A stretch of 64,000 nucleotides of DNA from a virus (Duplodnaviria; Heunggongvirae; Uroviricota; Caudoviricetes; Crassvirales): IMG/VR virus record IMGVR_UViG_2974731182_000001, one strand, 5' to 3'. The notes below the pieces were generated by a model. That model was not told where the DNA came from, made no database searches, and was given only the letters and a program-made list of their open reading frames with translations. Below, piece after piece: positions 60,801-64,000 of the stretch. Position numbers and translations under genes: made by a program. The stretch's first letter is position 1. Each line of letters opens with the position of its first letter.

Positions 60801-63461
60801 TTACTTCTTCTTTTTAATAGTTAAATAACCACCTTTAGATCTGGTCTTATATCCTATATTTCCAGTTCTGCCAGTATATCCATATCTAAGTCCTGGATTA
60901 CTATTAATCAAATTAAATATAGTCTCCTCTCTTCCAATATCCCCTAAAGAGTCTAGGAAGTTATTTAAGTTAGCAGATCTAGCAGCAGACACAGCAGAAT
61001 CAATTTGATCTCTAAGTTGAGCTTGAGTAATAGCTGATTTAAGTCTTAGTTCATCATTCTGTTTATTTATTTGACCTGCTCTCAGACCCATTTCAGAATT
61101 AAGTTGGTTAGTTCCTCTATTAAAGGCTTCAACTCTTTCTCTTTGAGCTAAGTTATATTCCTCAGCCTGTCTAGCTAAATCACCTAGTCTCCCTTGTGTA
61201 TTATAATCGGAGGCTACTATCCCTGCTATTTTAGTTGCTCTATTTCCACCAGATAATCCCTCTATTGCTCTTCTTGTAGCAGAAGCTTGAGAATTAAGTT
61301 TATTTATATAGAAATTCCTATCGAAAGGTCTATATGTAAGATAATTTCCTACAGGCTTATAACTCACAGTCTGTAGATTATCTATTACATCTTGAATTAA
61401 ATCTATATTAGAATAGTCATATTTATTTGTTGAGCCAATAAGGTCTGTCAAAGCATTTATTCCAGCCCCTACAGCTGGAGCATATCTCATATATGGCAAT
61501 ACTCCTCCTCCAGCATATTTATTTGAAGTTCTCTTTTTCATCTTACTATTTCTTACCTCTTCTTGAGACATTGCTAATCTAGCCATATTAACATCTAGCC
61601 CAGCTTTACTAATAGGGTCATTAGGTCTTTCTTCACTTTCTTTTTGAATAGATTTAGCTACATCAGCAAAGGTTTTTCCTTTAAATTTATACCTTTTCTT
61701 GAGATTCTTAGGAGCTTTCATTCTATTACTAAATACGTAGTCATTAAATATTACTTCTCCTTCCTCAACTAGATTAGGTATTCCCTGTTCATCTACACCC
61801 ATCTGTACACCTTCTAATGGGTTCTCCTCATGAGTTCCTCCATTACCTACAATGGTGACACCATTATCAAATACTCCTCCATGAGTATTTATAGGACCTC
61901 CTAATTCATAATACCAAAAATTATCCTCTCTGAACTTATTTCTTCTAGTATCTTCTATAGGCTTTGTTTTTCCTTTAGGTGTATAATGTACTTTAGCTTC
62001 TTCTTTTATTTTATTCAAATTCCCCTCTTTTACTGCCTCTAATAATAGAGGATATTTTTTTGCAATATCTCCCTTTATTTGATATGAGAGGTCTACTAAC
62101 CCTCTCATTATTTGAGGAGAGATAGTATCAGTACCTAAAACTTTCTTAATATGCTTTTCCTTTTCTCTAGATATTTTTACTACTTGGTTATTTAGTTCCT
62201 CTATTGTATAGGGTCTATCTTGAGTAAATCCTTTATATGCTCCTAGTTTTATGCCAGGACCTACAGTCTTCTTCCCTCCTTCTGCACTTGGGTGCGGAGA
62301 ATAAGTGTTAGTATTTGGATCCCATCCTTCCTTAATAGAATTTTCAGCTGCCCACCTATCTGCTATATACTGAGCATCTGAAATATAATTATCAGGAGAA
62401 TATACAGGAGCATTATCAGGCTCTTCAAGAGGATTATAGATCCACTCAGGAGCTGGATAAACTAAAGGTGCTACGGTATTAAGATTACCTCCATCAGCAT
62501 GTTTCCATTTAGCTGCATTTCTAGCAAAGTTAGCTTTCTTAACCATAGCTGGAGAGTAGTTTTCCTTATTTGCTAATACTTGAGAAGCAAAAGCCTGCAC
62601 TGATTTACCATGTTTCTTCGCAGCAGCTGTAAAAGTTCCTCTCTTACTAGGTTTAATTCTTATAGCTCCTCCTTTACTATATCTATTTCCAAAAGGAGAC
62701 ATAGGTGAGAATGATCTCATATTTATAGGACCTCCGTAAGCTGAATAATTAGATAATATGTTCATATCATTGATTTCATCTATAGATCTAGCCGAGTTAA
62801 CAAATGAACTCTGTACATGTCTATTTGCCGCATCTATTTTATTATTTAACTCTTTAACTTTTCTTCTGGCCTTAGCATTTCCAGTCAGCCAACCTGCTAT
62901 AGAACTTCCAAGACCCGCAACTCCTCCTACAATAGCTCCTATAGGGCCTCCAATAGAGGCTCCACCCATTGCTCCAGAACCTATCGAGGATAAAGTATTT
63001 AACCCTCTTTGAGCTACGTTTCCTCCTCTAATATCTGAGTAAGTCACATAATCTAATGGATTATAATTGCCCCACTCATCAAGCAAAGACTCATTAGAGT
63101 AGGCTCCTACCTTATAATTAGCAGCAGAATTTATTTGATCTTCCACGTCAGAAGTATCACCTATTCTAGAATTCTGCAGAGATGTCCCAATTACTCCACT
63201 AATCCCCCCTGCAATAGACCCTATATTATTTAACCAATCATTAGAATTTAATATAGAAGGTGTTTCAGGTATATCTTCTAGTCTAAGATCTGCAAGATTA
63301 AAAGATGGAGTATTAAGCGAATAAGGTTTTTGCTTTATATATCCAGTTTGATATCTCTTATTCATACAATAATATTTTATTTGCAAATATAAATCAAACT
63401 TATATTTTATGCAAGATTTATACAAAAAAAGTAACAATGAATAAAACAATTCTTTACTCAT
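60801..63461 (-). CDS. large Gly-rich virion protein (tail/ejection apparatus candidate)
   Basis: 886 aa; the G/S/A-rich flexible segment 'GSGAMGGASIGGPIGAIVGGVAGLGSSIAGW' is typical of phage internal or tail proteins. Confidence 0.5.
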   Translation of the reverse strand: MSKELFYSLLLFLYKSCIKYKFDLYLQIKYYCMNKRYQTGYIKQKPYSLNTPSFNLADLRLEDIPETPSILNSNDWLNNIGSIAGGISGVIGTSLQNSRIGDTSDVEDQINSAANYKVGAYSNESLLDEWGNYNPLDYVTYSDIRGGNVAQRGLNTLSSIGSGAMGGASIGGPIGAIVGGVAGLGSSIAGWLTGNAKARRKVKELNNKIDAANRHVQSSFVNSARSIDEINDMNILSNYSAYGGPINMRSFSPMSPFGNRYSKGGAIRIKPSKRGTFTAAAKKHGKSVQAFASQVLANKENYSPAMVKKANFARNAAKWKHADGGNLNTVAPLVYPAPEWIYNPLEEPDNAPVYSPDNYISDAQYIADRWAAENSIKEGWDPNTNTYSPHPSAEGGKKTVGPGIKLGAYKGFTQDRPYTIEELNNQVVKISREKEKHIKKVLGTDTISPQIMRGLVDLSYQIKGDIAKKYPLLLEAVKEGNLNKIKEEAKVHYTPKGKTKPIEDTRRNKFREDNFWYYELGGPINTHGGVFDNGVTIVGNGGTHEENPLEGVQMGVDEQGIPNLVEEGEVIFNDYVFSNRMKAPKNLKKRYKFKGKTFADVAKSIQKESEERPNDPISKAGLDVNMARLAMSQEEVRNSKMKKRTSNKYAGGGVLPYMRYAPAVGAGINALTDLIGSTNKYDYSNIDLIQDVIDNLQTVSYKPVGNYLTYRPFDRNFYINKLNSQASATRRAIEGLSGGNRATKIAGIVASDYNTQGRLGDLARQAEEYNLAQRERVEAFNRGTNQLNSEMGLRAGQINKQNDELRLKSAITQAQLRDQIDSAVSAARSANLNNFLDSLGDIGREETIFNLINSNPGLRYGYTGRTGNIGYKTRSKGGYLTIKKKK

Positions 63462-63478
63462 TGTTACTTTGATTGTAA

Positions 63479-63850
63479 CTAATATAGATACTTAACTATT
63501 AAATCATGAAGTATAGTTCTGTTAGTATTCTCTGTTGTTCTGGAGAGCTTAAGATATATCCAAGGATTCCTAATTCTATCTCTATGATTAAAACAATCTC
63601 TTGGAATATTGGCCCTCCATATCCTAAATCTTTCTTTCAAAGAAGAGGGGATTGATGATAGATTAGATAGTTTTGTTACTCCTTTCTGATATTCATTCCA
63701 TACATTTAAGGTATCAAAAGTTGAGTTAATTAATTCCCCGGATTTCCATGAATCTGATCTAAATTCAATATTAGTAAATATTTTATCTAGAATAGGGTTC
63801 TCGTTTACTATCACCGTAATATAGAATGGTTGATATTTATCGAAGTACAT
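63479..63850 (-). CDS. hypothetical protein
   Basis: 123-aa ORF. A further minus-strand open frame continues to the window end (63851-64000) but is truncated. Confidence 0.4.
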   Translation of the reverse strand: MYFDKYQPFYITVIVNENPILDKIFTNIEFRSDSWKSGELINSTFDTLNVWNEYQKGVTKLSNLSSIPSSLKERFRIWRANIPRDCFNHRDRIRNPWIYLKLSRTTENTNRTILHDLIVKYLY

Positions 63851-64000
63851 GTTATAATCCCCCTCATTATGGAGCCATAATTTATAGTTAGATTCTTCAG
63901 AGGAAGGTCTTATAAAAAGACCTTTATCTCTTATATTAGAGAAAAACGGAGTATTTTCATAGCTATAAAAGGAAGAGAATTGACCTAGAGGTTCTGAGAA

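Noticed and set aside
1-64000. CRISPR arrays, integrase/attachment sites, rRNA genes
   Set aside because: No regularly spaced direct repeats were found. No tyrosine or serine recombinase motifs were found in any ORF. No rRNA-like conserved sequence is present.

Overview
An AT-rich (~33% GC), densely packed double-stranded DNA phage genome segment. No cellular housekeeping genes are present. The gene content suggests a crAss-like (Crassvirales-type) podovirus of a Bacteroidota host: a ~2400-aa protein carries a DFDxD motif typical of virion-packaged RNA polymerases, and other giant virion proteins lie nearby. Layout by position: (i) 1-4.4 kb, a minus-strand block of small genes including a GroES-like co-chaperonin and one tRNA; (ii) 4.4-9.6 kb, an accessory region with two plus-strand tRNAs, long structured non-coding stretches, an HNH homing endonuclease, a group I intron-like ribozyme core and an open reading frame with no start codon that encodes a Myb/SANT-like domain; (iii) 9.6-40.2 kb, a plus-strand replication and nucleotide-metabolism module. 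This module holds an SF2 helicase, a DnaB-like helicase, a P-loop ATPase, a DnaG-like primase, a JAB/MPN metalloprotease next to an E1 (ThiF/MoeB)-like enzyme, uracil-DNA glycosylase, PD-(D/E)XK nucleases, class II ribonucleotide reductase, dUTPase and a family-A DNA polymerase. The polymerase gene is split at motif C by a group I intron that carries a LAGLIDADG homing endonuclease. Further on are ThyX, a thioredoxin and a vWA gene with an in-frame stop; (iv) 40.4-51.8 kb, giant plus-strand virion genes (RNA polymerase-like 2431 aa, then 1345 aa); (v) 51.9-64 kb, a convergent minus-strand block of giant structural or ejected proteins, separated from block (iv) by a bidirectional terminator. 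All calls come from manual motif reading of the supplied ORF translations and of the DNA itself. No database searches were run.
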